Shown one piece after another: positions 34,320-46,468 of a stretch of DNA of 64,000 bases. Made by a program: the position numbers and the translations under genes. Numbering within the stretch: the first letter of the stretch is position 1; each line of letters begins with the position of its first letter. Source of the DNA: Macrostomum hystrix (lineage: Eukaryota; Animalia; Platyhelminthes); contig CATNEN010000008.1 of NCBI GenBank assembly GCA_950097015.1, positions 620,001-684,000 on the forward strand, in the 5' to 3' direction. Below the pieces are notes generated by a model. That model was not told the origin of the DNA, did not search any database, and was given only the letters and a program-made list of their open reading frames with translations.

Positions 34320-36823
34320 TCAGTGCCCGACAGTCGCCGACCCATCGGCAGACACAAGCGCCATAGCGGCGGTGTAAACGCTAGTAAAACAATAGCCCTC
34401 AGCGCCCAGCATGTGACTGTCGTCTAGAAAGTACTCGATATACTTCAGATGACAGAGCAGAGCGGGCTGGCCGGCAGTGGCCACAACGAATGCCAGCACA
34501 GGGACTAGATCGTCGGCGCCAATTTCGCCACTAAATTTGGCACCGGCGCGCATTGCGGCTAGGACGCTGTTGAGTGTATCCTGCAGCAATTGACACTTGC
34601 CCAATGGTGTGCCTGGGGTTGTACACAGACGGCGAAGCAGAGCACGCGATTCCAATAACAGATTGGACGATGAAACTGTTAGATTGGCGAATCTATCGCT
34701 AACAGCGCACAGCTTAGTCAGGACCTCCAGCTGTTCTACCGGCTGCAGGTTAGGCAAACTGCAGTCGTATTCGACAACAATGCCAGCTAGCCTGGCTATG
34801 AGGGGCCGCAGAGCGATGGCTAGGCGGGCCAGGGCTCGCGACTCAAGCTGCGGGTTGAGCAGCCGGCCAGCTAGGAGGGCGGAGCAAGCGGCTACCTCGT
34901 GACTGGCTAGACTGCCGCTGCCGCTGCTGCCCCCACCGCAGAGTAGACAGGCTGCGGGCGCGAGTCGACTCAGCAAACGGCAAGCCAATCGACCGGCGCC
35001 GGCAGTTGAATCGTCGCAGTCGACATCGATGCCACAGTCGGATTCAGTGTCGGATTCGTTGCTAACAGTAGCCGAGTCGGCGGCATCGTCAATAGTTGGC
35101 GGAGTGCCCGGCGGTGTCGTGATCGACAAACGGCTGGCTAATCGGTCGGAGAATGCGGCTAAAAAGGCCGTGAGCGGATGGTCTGGAATGGAGAGCATGT
35201 ACTGCAGCCTGGCTGCTGGCTGGCCTGCAGACTTCTGATACAGCTGATCCCGGTACAGCACCAGGTAGTCGAATTCGCTACAGCGGCAGTACAGCGTGCG
35301 CAGCTCGGCTGCGTCGATGCCCCTGTCCTGATTGGGGCGAGTTCGGGTGGCAACTGTGAGAAATTGACTGTTTCATTATCAGAGGTGGACTAACTTTATG
35401 AATAGATTGATGCTTGCCTCTCGCACCAAGGTCCTGAGCTCGATTCCGCGGCGAGGTCACATTCATTTCGGGCGCAGCCACTGAGACACTTACGCCCTTG
35501 ATGGCCAACCTGCAAGGCACAGTGAAAGTGGACACTGCCTGACGATGAGAAAGTCAGGGCAGATGTACACACCTGTATGAGCGTGTGCCTGCGTACGGTA
35601 TCTGTGTGCTTGTGTGCTCAGGAGTCAGCAAAATGGGCAGAATTGCCTCCTCGCTCGCGGCAGGCCTAGTGTCACCGTGCCATTGCCTGCAGCCCTCCTA
35701 TAATTATAATATAGGGTAGATTGATAATAGGAGTAAATTAATAAGGTCCGGAGCTCTATCTTAGCAATGAGAAACTATTTTTTCGTGTCCTTAAGTAAGA
35801 CATTTTCCTGTCCCCTGTCCATGGACAGATAATTATTACAGAACCCACCTCGGCTAGTCTAGCGGAGTCATCATAGTTGAACACGCCGGCGTGCAGTTGA
35901 AACAGCCGACTGCAGTCAGTCCGCTTAGCCAGCAGGTCGTCCTGCAGCGCCTGCTCGTAAGCGGCCTGTTTTGGCTTAGCCAATTGCAGATTCTCCTCTA
36001 TGCGGCGCTGCAAGGCCAGGTGCAAATTGACTCGCCTTGGATCGCCCGGTGCAAGCGAGCTGGTCCTAGCTAGGTGAGCGCTGTACAATCGCCTGTTCAT
36101 CTCCATGGCCTCCTGCATTGGCGACTTGCGCGGCCCGAGATGAGCGGGCGGAGGCGGCGGCAGGGGCGGCTGTTGCTGCGGTGGCAGGCTAAGCTGAGAA
36201 GGCGGTCGGAACGACGAGGGCTGCTGCATTGCCGCTGCCTTGCCTGCGATGCAGTTTTAACAGCTTCTACTGTGGAACAATATGTACCATTTAGTTGCTA
36301 GGTGCACCGCGCCTACTTCTCTTCTCTGCATCAGCACTTCAGGAGACCTATATCCCTGCCCCTTCAGCACTTCAGGAAACCTATATCCCTGCCCCTTCAG
36401 CACTTCAGGAGGCCACTATGCTATCTCGTGATGATTCTGCGACGAATATCTACTCCGATTTATCAAGCAGCAACTAAACTCTCTTCTGAACCTCATGTTA
36501 CTGACCACAATTACTTTTTAAAGTAGAGAACTGAAGCGTACAGTCTCACCCAGCAGTTCTCCGCTGCGCTCCAGGCACAGCTTCATCAGCCGCATCAGCC
36601 GGCGCTGCTCCTCTAGCTGCTGCTGTGACAGCTGTTCCACCGGAGCCGACGTAGCCGCGGCGGCAGCAGCTGAAGCCGTGGCAGCGGCCAGCACCTGCTG
36701 CATGCAGGCCAGGTATGGAAAGTAACACCTATCGCTCTGGCCCTGCTCGTCTCGACGTAGAACGTCGAGAACTGCCGACACGGCTGCCTGTGCCTGCTGC
36801 TGCTGGTGGCGCTGATCGGCCAT
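34320..36823 (-). CDS. VPS9D1: VPS9 domain-containing protein 1-like Rab GEF; exons 36823-36550, 36243-35849, ~35327-34320
   Basis: N-terminal MIT-like helix (YFPYLACMQQV...LMKLCLERS), a VPS9D1-type middle region (EAMEMNRRL...LHLALQRRIEENLQLAK) and the C-terminal VPS9 motif GADDLVPVLAFVV...LKYIEYF...GAEGYCFTSVYTA. Acceptors were chosen for phase compatibility. Confidence 0.82.
35415..35715 (+). mobile_element. tRNA-derived SINE copy in VPS9D1 intron 2
   Basis: B-box-like GGTCCTGAGCTCGATTCC, a conserved body shared with other copies, and an AT-rich tail. Confidence 0.8.
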
Positions 36824-36884
36824 TTGCGCTGAACACAGATCGACGGTCGATTGTTGTGAGATATTAGACATATGCACCTGAGCC

Positions 36885-37510
36885 GCTGACACCCTTAACA
36901 ACTGACACCCTTAACACCTGACAGCCTTAACAAATGACATCCTTAACACCTGACACCCTTAACACCTGAGAGCCTTAACACCTGACACCCTTAACACCTG
37001 AGAGCCTTAACACCTGACAACCTTAACACCTGACACCCTTAACACCTGACACCCTTAACACCTGACAGCCTTAACAAATGACATCCTTAACACCTGACAC
37101 CCTAAACACCTGACATCCTTAACACCTGACACCCTTAACACCTGACACCCTTAACACCTGACAGCCTGAACACCTGACACCCTTAACACCTGACACCCTT
37201 AACACCTGACACCCTTAACACCTGACACCCTTAACACCTGACACCCTTAACACCTGACACCCTTAACACCTGACAGCCTTAACAAATGACACCCTTAACA
37301 CCTGACACCCTTAACACCTGACAGCCTTAACAAATGACATCCTTAACACCTGACACCCTTAACACCTGACACCCTTAACACCTGACAGCCTTAACAAATG
37401 ACATCCTTAACACCTGACACCCTTAACAAATGACACCCTTAACACCTGACAGCCTTAACAAATGACATCCTTAACACCTGACACCATTAATATATGACAC
37501 CTTTTACACC
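36885..37510. repeat. 16-bp minisatellite (CCTGACACCCTTAACA) between RPL13 and VPS9D1
   Basis: About 38 tandem units. Confidence 0.92.
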
Positions 37511-37866
37511 TGACCCCCTTAACAGCTGCCGCTAAGTGTACTTTTAAATAAGTACAAGCACTAACTGAGGTATAAATTTGCTGTCGATGCAGTACATAAA
37601 CAGCAGCACGCAACCTTTCAAAGGGCCGCGCAATCAAAGGTTGTTTAACTACATCAATACTTAATAAACATCTAGAACCTCAGAGCCTAAAATAAATAAC
37701 TATGGATAAAATAAAAAAGCAAAAACAACGAATAAACTAAACGTTTTTTAATCCATCAAACAATCAATTTAACAAACAAGCGCCAATGTCGTATATTTTA
37801 ACTCCGTTTTTCATCAGTCGTCTAATGCGCCACCTGCACCCATTACAGTCCATTAAGAGCAGCGGC

Positions 37867-38496
37867 TCATTTCTCTCCCTTGTCGTCGCCGCCCTGGGCT
37901 GCCTTCTTCTTGCGAATGCCGGCCAAGCGCTTGTTGGCCCGCGCCTGCCTGATGGCGTGGAAGGCGTGGAACTTCTTGTCGTCCTCGGACTGGACGCGAG
38001 CCTTCACTCGGCGCAGACGGCGTCCGGGCGCCACAGCCGGCGGCAACGGGCGTTGGACGACGGAGCGCAGCTCTTCCTCGGACGCTTCGCCAGCCTTCGG
38101 CGACTTAGGATTCTTCGGGAACAGAATCAGCTTGCCGCGGTAAGCTTTTAATCGTTGGGCGTTGCGTTGGAGTCCCTCAGCTGAGCGATTCCTGCGGCGA
38201 TGATCAACGGCGATGCCGATGGTGCGAGCGAAACGGCGATTGATGCCGGCCGCTTTGAGTTCGTCCAGGCTGAAGCCGCGGCCGGCACGGACCCGCATGT
38301 TGTAGCGAATGGTCTGGCAGCGGACAACGGGGCGCAGCGGCCCATTGACTGGCCGTGGAGCAACCAGGCGAGCCTTTTCAACGCGGGCCTTTCTACGTCG
38401 CTCCTTGCGCGCGGGCTGGTTGAACCAGGTGCGCACATAGCGCTGCCAGTCCTTGTGAAAGTGGGCATTCGGGATGACGTTGTTGCGCTTCACCAT
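37867..38496 (-). CDS. RPL13: 60S ribosomal protein L13 (eL13), single coding exon, 209 aa
   Basis: [31 protein letters not shown]...[16 protein letters not shown]...[13 protein letters not shown]...[12 protein letters not shown]. Confidence 0.97.
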   Translation of the reverse strand: MVKRNNVIPNAHFHKDWQRYVRTWFNQPARKERRRKARVEKARLVAPRPVNGPLRPVVRCQTIRYNMRVRAGRGFSLDELKAAGINRRFARTIGIAVDHRRRNRSAEGLQRNAQRLKAYRGKLILFPKNPKSPKAGEASEEELRSVVQRPLPPAVAPGRRLRRVKARVQSEDDKKFHAFHAIRQARANKRLAGIRKKKAAQGGDDKGEK

Positions 38497-38903
38497 GGCG
38501 ACAGTGGCTGGAATGGGGGGCAGGTAAAAAATGTTCTAGCACTGCTCTAAAGTTATGAAGAAACGAATAGAACTAAAATCTGAAACTTACAGTGTATAAA
38601 ATTCCATGGCATACACAAAAAAATTATAAAAACATTAACATCTCAATGCCATAATAAATATTATTGATCTATACGTCAAGTCTATATGTCCCCTATAATG
38701 ATACCAATGTTTGTACATATTAACCATAACCACATTTGACAATTTAGCTGGGTCATTATTTTTTAGATGGAAATATAGACAATTTTTTTTGACGGAATAG
38801 CCATTTTGATTGCAATTGGTCTTAATGTGTCCAGCTATAGATAATTATTGTTCATAAATAGCAAACTATATTTTTTCATGAATACCAGGCCATGTGAGTA
38901 ATA

Positions 38904-39620
38904 TGAGGGGTGTCCCAAAACTCCATGAACTTTTTAATTTCAACTGTTTCTGGCCGATCTGAAATATTCAGAATGAAGCAGTTTAAAAGAAAATTATTTG
39001 CTATGAAAATGACTTGCTTTCATATGTCTATTGGTATTGTCGAGATATTTTAATTCTAGTCCCCCCTGCACTACTTCTACAAAGTGCCATAGACAACAGC
39101 TTTAAAGCTGACATCTACTTGAAAAGTCTATAATGATTTAAAACATAAAAAATAACAGTAAAAAAATTATTCATCAACATTGTCCTGAGGCTTCTCTACA
39201 TAGTTGCCACCACCCTGCACACACTTTCTGTCATTGGGTGTATATGTCATCAATGGCATTGGCAAAATCTGAGTGAGGCAGCCTCAAGTTCCCCGTGACA
39301 ATCAAAGATTCATCCATGCAGAAGCTTCATTTTCGGGATGATGGTGAAGTCAGGATGGTGACAAATCTGGAGAGTAAGGTGGGTGTGAGAGCAGCTTGAA
39401 GTTGGTCTGCTCAATCATCTCCACTGTCTTTCTGGCCATGTAGGGGCAATATTGTCATGGTTAGGAAGGTATGGCTTAAGTTTCTATACTGTGACGCAAT
39501 TGTGTTGCCCTTCTTCCAAGAACTTGATTGCAAGTGATCATTATCAAAAAAAGTACATGCTGAAAATATGTAAGATGACAAAGTGTCCAGGTACCTTCCA
39601 CCTATTATTGTTCTGGCTAA
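38904..39620 (-). mobile_element. Decayed mariner/Tc1 transposon remnant (3' half)
   Basis: Minus strand has interrupted motifs FFD...GNTI...Y, HDN, HPPYSPDLSPS and RKCVQGGGNYVEK. A mariner-like terminus TA-TGAGGGGTGTCCCAAAA lies at about 38902. The second TIR was not found. Confidence 0.75.
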
Positions 39621-42600
39621 AAAGAAATTCAACTGAATGAAAGAATTAAATAAGACTGATATTAATTTATGAGTGTATAGCTAAAGCTATCTACATAAAA
39701 CATATATTAGAGCCACTTAAGCTACAATAATGCAACAGTCAACATTTGCTGAGTTTAAGTCAACAAGCTTAACACCAAACATCCACTTTGTCATGGACAC
39801 TTAAATAATTTTTTTTTCTTATCTGATCTATAAATCATAATACAGATAGTCTAGTCCAGTCTTAAGGACAAAGGATATAACAAAGCAATTGTTACTAAAT
39901 GGGTCACTACTTGTTAACATAGTGGAAAAGTTACATAAGTTAAGTGGCTTTTACCAAAGTAGATTATTGACTTATTCAGTCCCAGTCAAAAAATGAGATT
40001 ATATAATATAGGACCCTAGCTAAACAATGCCTTTTAAATAGGAGAACCAAAGACCTACCAAAAGAAACATATTCTACACTTCTGCTTTCATCAAAAAAGT
40101 TAGCTACTGAATTAAAAGTCTTAAAAAGAATAATAGTTTCCCTATAATAATAAAAAATAATATTTTAGTTTTTTATTCTTATGTCTAGTTACCTAATTCC
40201 AATATTGGTCTACGGCATAGGCATAAATAGCTAACTTTTTTAAAGATGTGCAGTTCAGCTTCATACAGGAAATTATAGACCCGAAAGAAGTTATCGTTTG
40301 AGTGCGCGCGCACCACGGCCGCGCGCGAATTGAGAGGAATAGAGGATTTTAAATTATAAAAGTGATAAGCCAAACAAAATCGCATCGCATTTTTATTCCC
40401 TATTTATTCTTAGCATAAATGTGGCTTTTTAGACATATATATATATATATATATATGTACAAAATCGTACTTTAGATTACCATTGATAATAAGTTAAAGA
40501 TGTGTAAAAGTTTTGAAAACTCCCTTGATATTAACACCTTACCACACCACAGACCACAGTAGTCACTAAGCTAGGCCTACTACAAAAAGGAGAAGTCGGA
40601 GGACTAATTTTATTAAAGCATTTTGTTATTCAATTAAAAATGTGCCTTTTTAAATAACATGTGCCTGCACATGTTACCTTTTATTCTTTAAGGCTCTAAT
40701 ATTTTTAAATATTTTTTTTACTTGTAGGCCACTATTATTGTTATAACAAATAGGCCTGCCTAAAATAGAAAACAATTAAACTAAGTCAGAAAGCTTCAGT
40801 TGACTTAAAGGATAGTGCTCAACTATATAGCATAGGAACCACCTAGCAATATATTAAGATTTTTACTTTATCTGTAGCCAAGGTCTGAACTACACCAAAC
40901 ATGCACCTTTCTTAAAAAATTAGACATGCAATATCCCATATCAGATATCCTTTCCCAAAGGTCTGAAAAAGTGGACTAATAAAATGATAAGTCATTTGTC
41001 TATCTAAATAGAGGGCTCATAGTTTCATCTGCTGCTTACCCAGTTGCATTGAAGTAAAAACTGTAAAACATTTGCTTGCCAAGTCAGTTTTCCAAACTCT
41101 GCCTGCTGAATTTTGTTTGCCAAACCTTGCTTGCAGAATTATTCCTAGCAGATGAAGACATATGTACAGACTGCAAAATGCATTTAAAACACAAGGAAAC
41201 ATAAAAATTAACAACATTACATAGTAAACATAACACAGTACTTGATCAAAGATTTTTCACATTATATATCAACCTTGGTCTCTGCCATGAGATATTTAAG
41301 TGCTCCTGATCTATTTAATGCAGAAAGACAATGATAAAAAGAACATACAGTCACTTTTTTGTGTTGCTGTACTAAAATATTGCATCCATTTTTTTCATTT
41401 ACTAGGCCCCCCCTATGAAGTGGAATATATTAAACATTTTGATTTAGACTAGCAACTAGGGGCCTATACTTTGTAATATAATTGAAGCTCTTGTCTGTCT
41501 GTCTAAAGGAATTATGCTTGTAGATTTTCTCAAAGTTGCTTAACTAATTCAATATATATACATTTATATTTGCACTATTTTTATAGAATTAAGTAACCAA
41601 ATTTATTTAAGTAGCTTGTATTTGCTCTAAAATTGTGCTATTTTGCCAACAATGGCTGTATATATAATGCTACTTGCCTGCTTTTGAACTATTAGAATAT
41701 GAATAGCATGTATTGACCAATAGTATATTGACCACAATTAGCAATTAATTTATATGCTTTTAAGCCCTGAAATTGACAAATACTAATTAATAAGCAATTG
41801 GAGTGCATCATGCCTAAGGGTTGCAAAATGGGGAGTGACGCCTCCCTGCAGAGGATAGGGCCTACCCCCTGAAGCTAAGTGAAGCAAGAAGAAAGGCATC
41901 ATGAATGTCATCATTAATCCAATTTTTTCAATATGCTATGATCTCATCTCAATCTCTGTTTAATTGAAGCTCTCAAATAACATGGCAATATTTGCAATGA
42001 CATCATCAACAAATTAATTGCAATTTACCATTGTCTCATTTTACATCATTTTATAAGCACTGATAGATAACAATATAACATTGCAATGATCTTATTGCAG
42101 ATTAGCAGTATTAGTAACACAAATGTATTGTTGTCTTATCAAATATTGGCATCAACCATAATATTCTTTATAAGAACATCAGGAGTTGGCAATAATGTCA
42201 TATCTGCTTTGTGATAATGTTTTGGTGATTATATAATCATCTTATGTCACTTTCTAAATGTAATAAACTCATATCATATTTTCAAAAAAGATAACAGTCC
42301 TGTATTAGCTACTAACAGTCTTATTACAATACAACAATCACAAGACATTGTGATCAATGACACATTCAATGATCTTTTCTTTGCATGCATGATCTCATCT
42401 TATTCGGTTGTTCGGTTGGAACAACAATACTAACTGTATATCAAAACTGAAAGAAATGAGGGCACAGGGCTCACAGATATCAATGACAGCACTGAAATAA
42501 TATGGCCTAAAACTAAGATTGAAAAATATCTATGAATATTTGATTAAAATACCCCCTTGGGCACAATGTAACAACTAATGCTACTAAAGAAATGTTAGTT

Positions 42601-42948
42601 TTAGCTATTTAGCGATCATGTATATAGAAAATATAAAAAAGTTCTTTGGTCAACTTAGGTAAGAAATTAAGCATACTGTCCATTGATTAAGTAATAATTG
42701 AAATATTAAGTAGGTCCTTAAACAATAAAAATAGCTAGTGACCAATGATCAAGTGTGAAAAATTCCATTTTAAAGCTATTTTAATTTTAATTTTAACATC
42801 TCTGGGCTGGCTGGCTGCCTCCAGACTGCCTTATGGCTTCATAACAACAGCCTCACCCCTTTGCACATCTCTGTTAGCATTATTCTCTTTCAGAGATTAT
42901 CTGCACTTTAACCCGCTCCAACTGACAACTTTGCAGCCCAACAATCAA

Positions 42949-43266
42949 ATGGCGCCAGCCTATGAGATCTGCGTCGGCCTCAAGAAGGGCCACCGCGTGA
43001 CTGCCAACACGCCTCGCGTCAAGCCAGCCAATCGGCGCGGCAAGTCGACCAAGAATAACAAATTTGTACGCTCGGTGATTCGCGAAATTGTGGGCTACGC
43101 GCCATACGAGAGGCGCATTGTTGAATTGTTGAAAATCTCCAAGGATAAGCGGGCGTTGAAGTTTGCCAAGCGGCGCCTCGGCTCGCACCTGCGCGCCAAG
43201 CGCAAGCGTGAAGAGATGGTGCGTGTTGTTCAGGCGCAGCACCGCAAGAAGGACCCCCAGCAATAA
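42949..43266 (+). CDS. RPL36: 60S ribosomal protein L36 (eL36), single coding exon, 105 aa
   Basis: [18 protein letters not shown]...[52 protein letters not shown]. True start is the ATG at 42949, not the ORF-track start at 42745. Confidence 0.96.
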   Translation: MAPAYEICVGLKKGHRVTANTPRVKPANRRGKSTKNNKFVRSVIREIVGYAPYERRIVELLKISKDKRALKFAKRRLGSHLRAKRKREEMVRVVQAQHRKKDPQQ

Positions 43267-43449
43267 GCAGTTGCTGCCTTGAAGGAATTTTATGCTAGTT
43301 GAACACTCAAGCCGTATTTCGCATTATTTTTCATCGAGAAATACATTGGCGCATGCAGGAAAATCCTAACTGTTAAACCTTGACAAGCTGTTTCAGCTTT
43401 GGATGCAAAAATTCATTTGCTGTTTCTTTACAGTTGGTTTTCACTTGTC

Positions 43450-43795
43450 TCGGGGGTGAGTGGCAAAGCGATAAACGCGTCTCGATTCTTCGACGAGGCC
43501 ACATTCATTTGGGGAGCAGCCGCGGAGACAAGACTTGGGGGCCTGACATGCAATTTACGCCCTTGAGGGCTAACCCCTTTTAAGGCACAAAGAGAGTGTA
43601 CGCTGATGACGATAAGAAAGTCAGGGCAGATGTGCACACCTGTGTGAGTGTGTGCCTGCATAAAGTATCTGTGAGCGTGTGTGCTCAGGAGTTAGCGAAA
43701 TGGGCAGAATTGCCTCCTCGCTTGCTACGGGTCTAGTGTCACCAAATGATGTGCCATTCCCTGCAGCCCCTGCAATTTTTATTTTATTTATTTAC
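43450..43795 (+). mobile_element. tRNA-derived SINE copy downstream of RPL36
   Basis: GGGGGTGAGTGGC head, CTCGATTC box, full body and ATTTT/TTA tail. Homologous to the other copies. Confidence 0.8.
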
Positions 43796-44059
43796 GAACG
43801 ATCATGTCTGATGAGTTACATTATCCGCCACAGCAATCTGAGCATGCAGATACGGCATGCAATTTTTACTGAGCTTAATTGAAGCATAAGGCAAATTTTA
43901 TTTAGCTGCATTCGTGCTTTTCTCAACCCAATTGGCTAAGGTAGAAAGGCGAATGATTGCCCTTCGAATGAAGGCAAAGGTATCTCGAATAATAATCCTA
44001 AAACTTACCAATCACCCAACCAATACTCACAACACCTCATCAATCCACATTGTCAATCC

Positions 44060-45395
44060 ACCAAGCTGCACATCAATTTACATAGTCAATCTTCCAAGCT
44101 GCACATCAATTTACATAGTCAATCTTCCAAGCTCCACATCAATTTACATAGTCAATCTTCCAAGCTGCACATCAATTTACATAGTCAATCTTCCAAGCTC
44201 CACATCAATTTACATAGTCAATCTTCCAAGCTGCACATCAATTTACATAGTCAATCTTCCAAGCTGCACATCAATTTACATAGTCAATCTTCCAAGCTGC
44301 ACATCAATTTACATAGTCAATCTTCCAAGCTGCACATCAATTTACATAGTCAATCTTCCAAGCTGCACATCAATTTACATAGTCAATCTTCCAAGCTGCA
44401 CATCAATTTACATAGTCAATCTTCCAAGCTCCACATCAATTTACATAGTCAATCTTCCAAGCTGCACATCAATTTACATAGTCAATCTTCCAAGCTCCAC
44501 ATCAATTTACATAGTCAATCTTCCAAGCTGCACATCAATTTACATAGTCAATCTTCCAAGCTGCACATCAATTTACATAGTCAATCTTCCAAGCTGCACA
44601 TCAATTTACATAGTCAATCTTCCAAGCTGCACATCAATTTACATAGTCAATCTTCCAAGCTCCACATCAATTTACATAGTCAATCTTCCAAGCTCCACAT
44701 CAATTTACATAGTCAATCTTCCAAGCTGCACATCAATTTACATAGTCAATCTTCCAAGCTCCACATCAATTTACATAGTCAATCTTCCAAGCTGCACATC
44801 AATTTACATAGTCAATCTTCCAAGCTGCACATCAATTTACATAGTCAATCTTCCAAGCTGCACATCAATTTACATAGTCAATCTTCCAAGCTGCACATCA
44901 ATTTACATAGTCAATCTTCCAAGCTGCACATCAATTTACATAGTCAATCTTCCAAGCTGCACATCAATTTACATAGTCAATCTTCCAAGCTGCACATCAA
45001 TTTACATAGTCAATCTTCCAAGCTGCACATCAATTTACATAGTCAATCTTCCAAGCTGCACATCAATTTACATAGTCAATCTTCCAAGCTGCACATCAAT
45101 TTACATAGTCAATCTTCCAAGCTGCACATCAATTTACATAGTCAATCTTCCAAGTTGCACATCAATTTACATAGTCAATCTTCCAAGCTGCACATCAATT
45201 TACATAGTCAATCTTCCAAGCTGCACATCAATTTACATAGTCAATCTTCCAAGCTGCACATCAATTTACATAGTCAATCTTCCAATCTCCACATCAATTT
45301 ACATAGTCAATCTTCCAAGCTGCACATCAATTTACATAGTCAATCTTCCAAGCTGCACATCAATTTACATAGTCAATCTTCCAAGCTCCACATCA
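44060..45395. repeat. 33-bp minisatellite (CACATCAATTTACATAGTCAATCTTCCAAGCTG)
   Basis: About 40 units. Source of the 562-aa TSIYIVNLPSC ORF. Confidence 0.95.
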
Positions 45396-46468
45396 ATCCA
45401 TATTGTCAATCCACTAATCACACTATCAATCCACAATGTCAATCCACCAAGCACCCCATCAATCCACAATGTCAATCCACCAAGCACACCATCAATCCAC
45501 ATTACTAACCCACTATCACTACTATATATTATCAGTACATTTGCAGATTGCCAACAATTTTTTTTCAGTAGTTCCATAATAAAGAAGGCCTTTGAACACT
45601 GAAATCGAATCGCTTGCTAGCGGAAAGATAAGGCAAAATGAGCTGCACAAAAACAGATTGGAAAGTGCGCGAAACAACTAGCAGTGTAATTGCCAAACCT
45701 TAGCCTACACATTACGCTGTGCCAATGTACAAACGTGCGGTGGAATAGCAAATTGAGCATTGAGCATTGGGCAACATTTTGCTTCAAAACGGGAATAAAA
45801 AAGCGGATAACAAACGGAACCACACATAAAGCGCTATTTTATAAAAATAAATAAGCCAAATAAATTTTGCAATTAAATGCAATTTGAAAATTCTACATTT
45901 TTATAGTATGTGACCTTGGTAACTTAAAAAGTACAGGTGGTATAAGTAGCGACGTTTTCGGAAATAAAATTAGCTTATTAGATTTGTTAAATAAAATCAG
46001 AGCTGCGTTTTAGTGTTTAACTGATTTAAAAGTGTTAAAAAGCCTACTAAACTACTCTTTAGAGTAGTAAAAAATGCACGCCGACTTTGCAATAACCATT
46101 GTTGTTACAAATTCGCTAAAAAGAATTTTATATTTGTAAAAAAATAAAACTGAAAACGGACTAAACAAAATATAAAAGCATAAAGAATGACTTAAAAAAA
46201 TAGACGACAAAAATTTATAAACAATTAGCACCAGGTAGAGAATGCAGGCAGCAGGCATGCTACACAGAGCGGGACGAAACCGAAACACTGAGAGATGCAC
46301 TGTAGAAACCAAAGCAAATAGAATGAAGGAACAATGCAACAGAAAAAATTAACGTAGGGCTTAGGGAGGCTGAAGATTGTTATTTTAATCAATTTTTCAT
46401 AGTTTTTCTCAAACAAACAAACCAAGCGACGGATTAAAAAGCTCCAATAGATAGAGAGACAGCTCTAG

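Noticed and set aside
35535-35562. Hammerhead ribozyme in the SINE (CTGACGA...GAAA)
   Set aside because: Only 3 nt separate CTGACGA from GAAA, so stem II cannot form. The segment folds better as a simple hairpin.
40510-40530. Possible second TIR of the mariner remnant
   Set aside because: The similarity to the 38904 terminus is too weak to support.
37867-43266. RPL13 and RPL36 as processed pseudogenes
   Set aside because: The ORFs are intact and full length, there is no poly(A) tail or TSD, and acceptor-like sites precede both ATGs.
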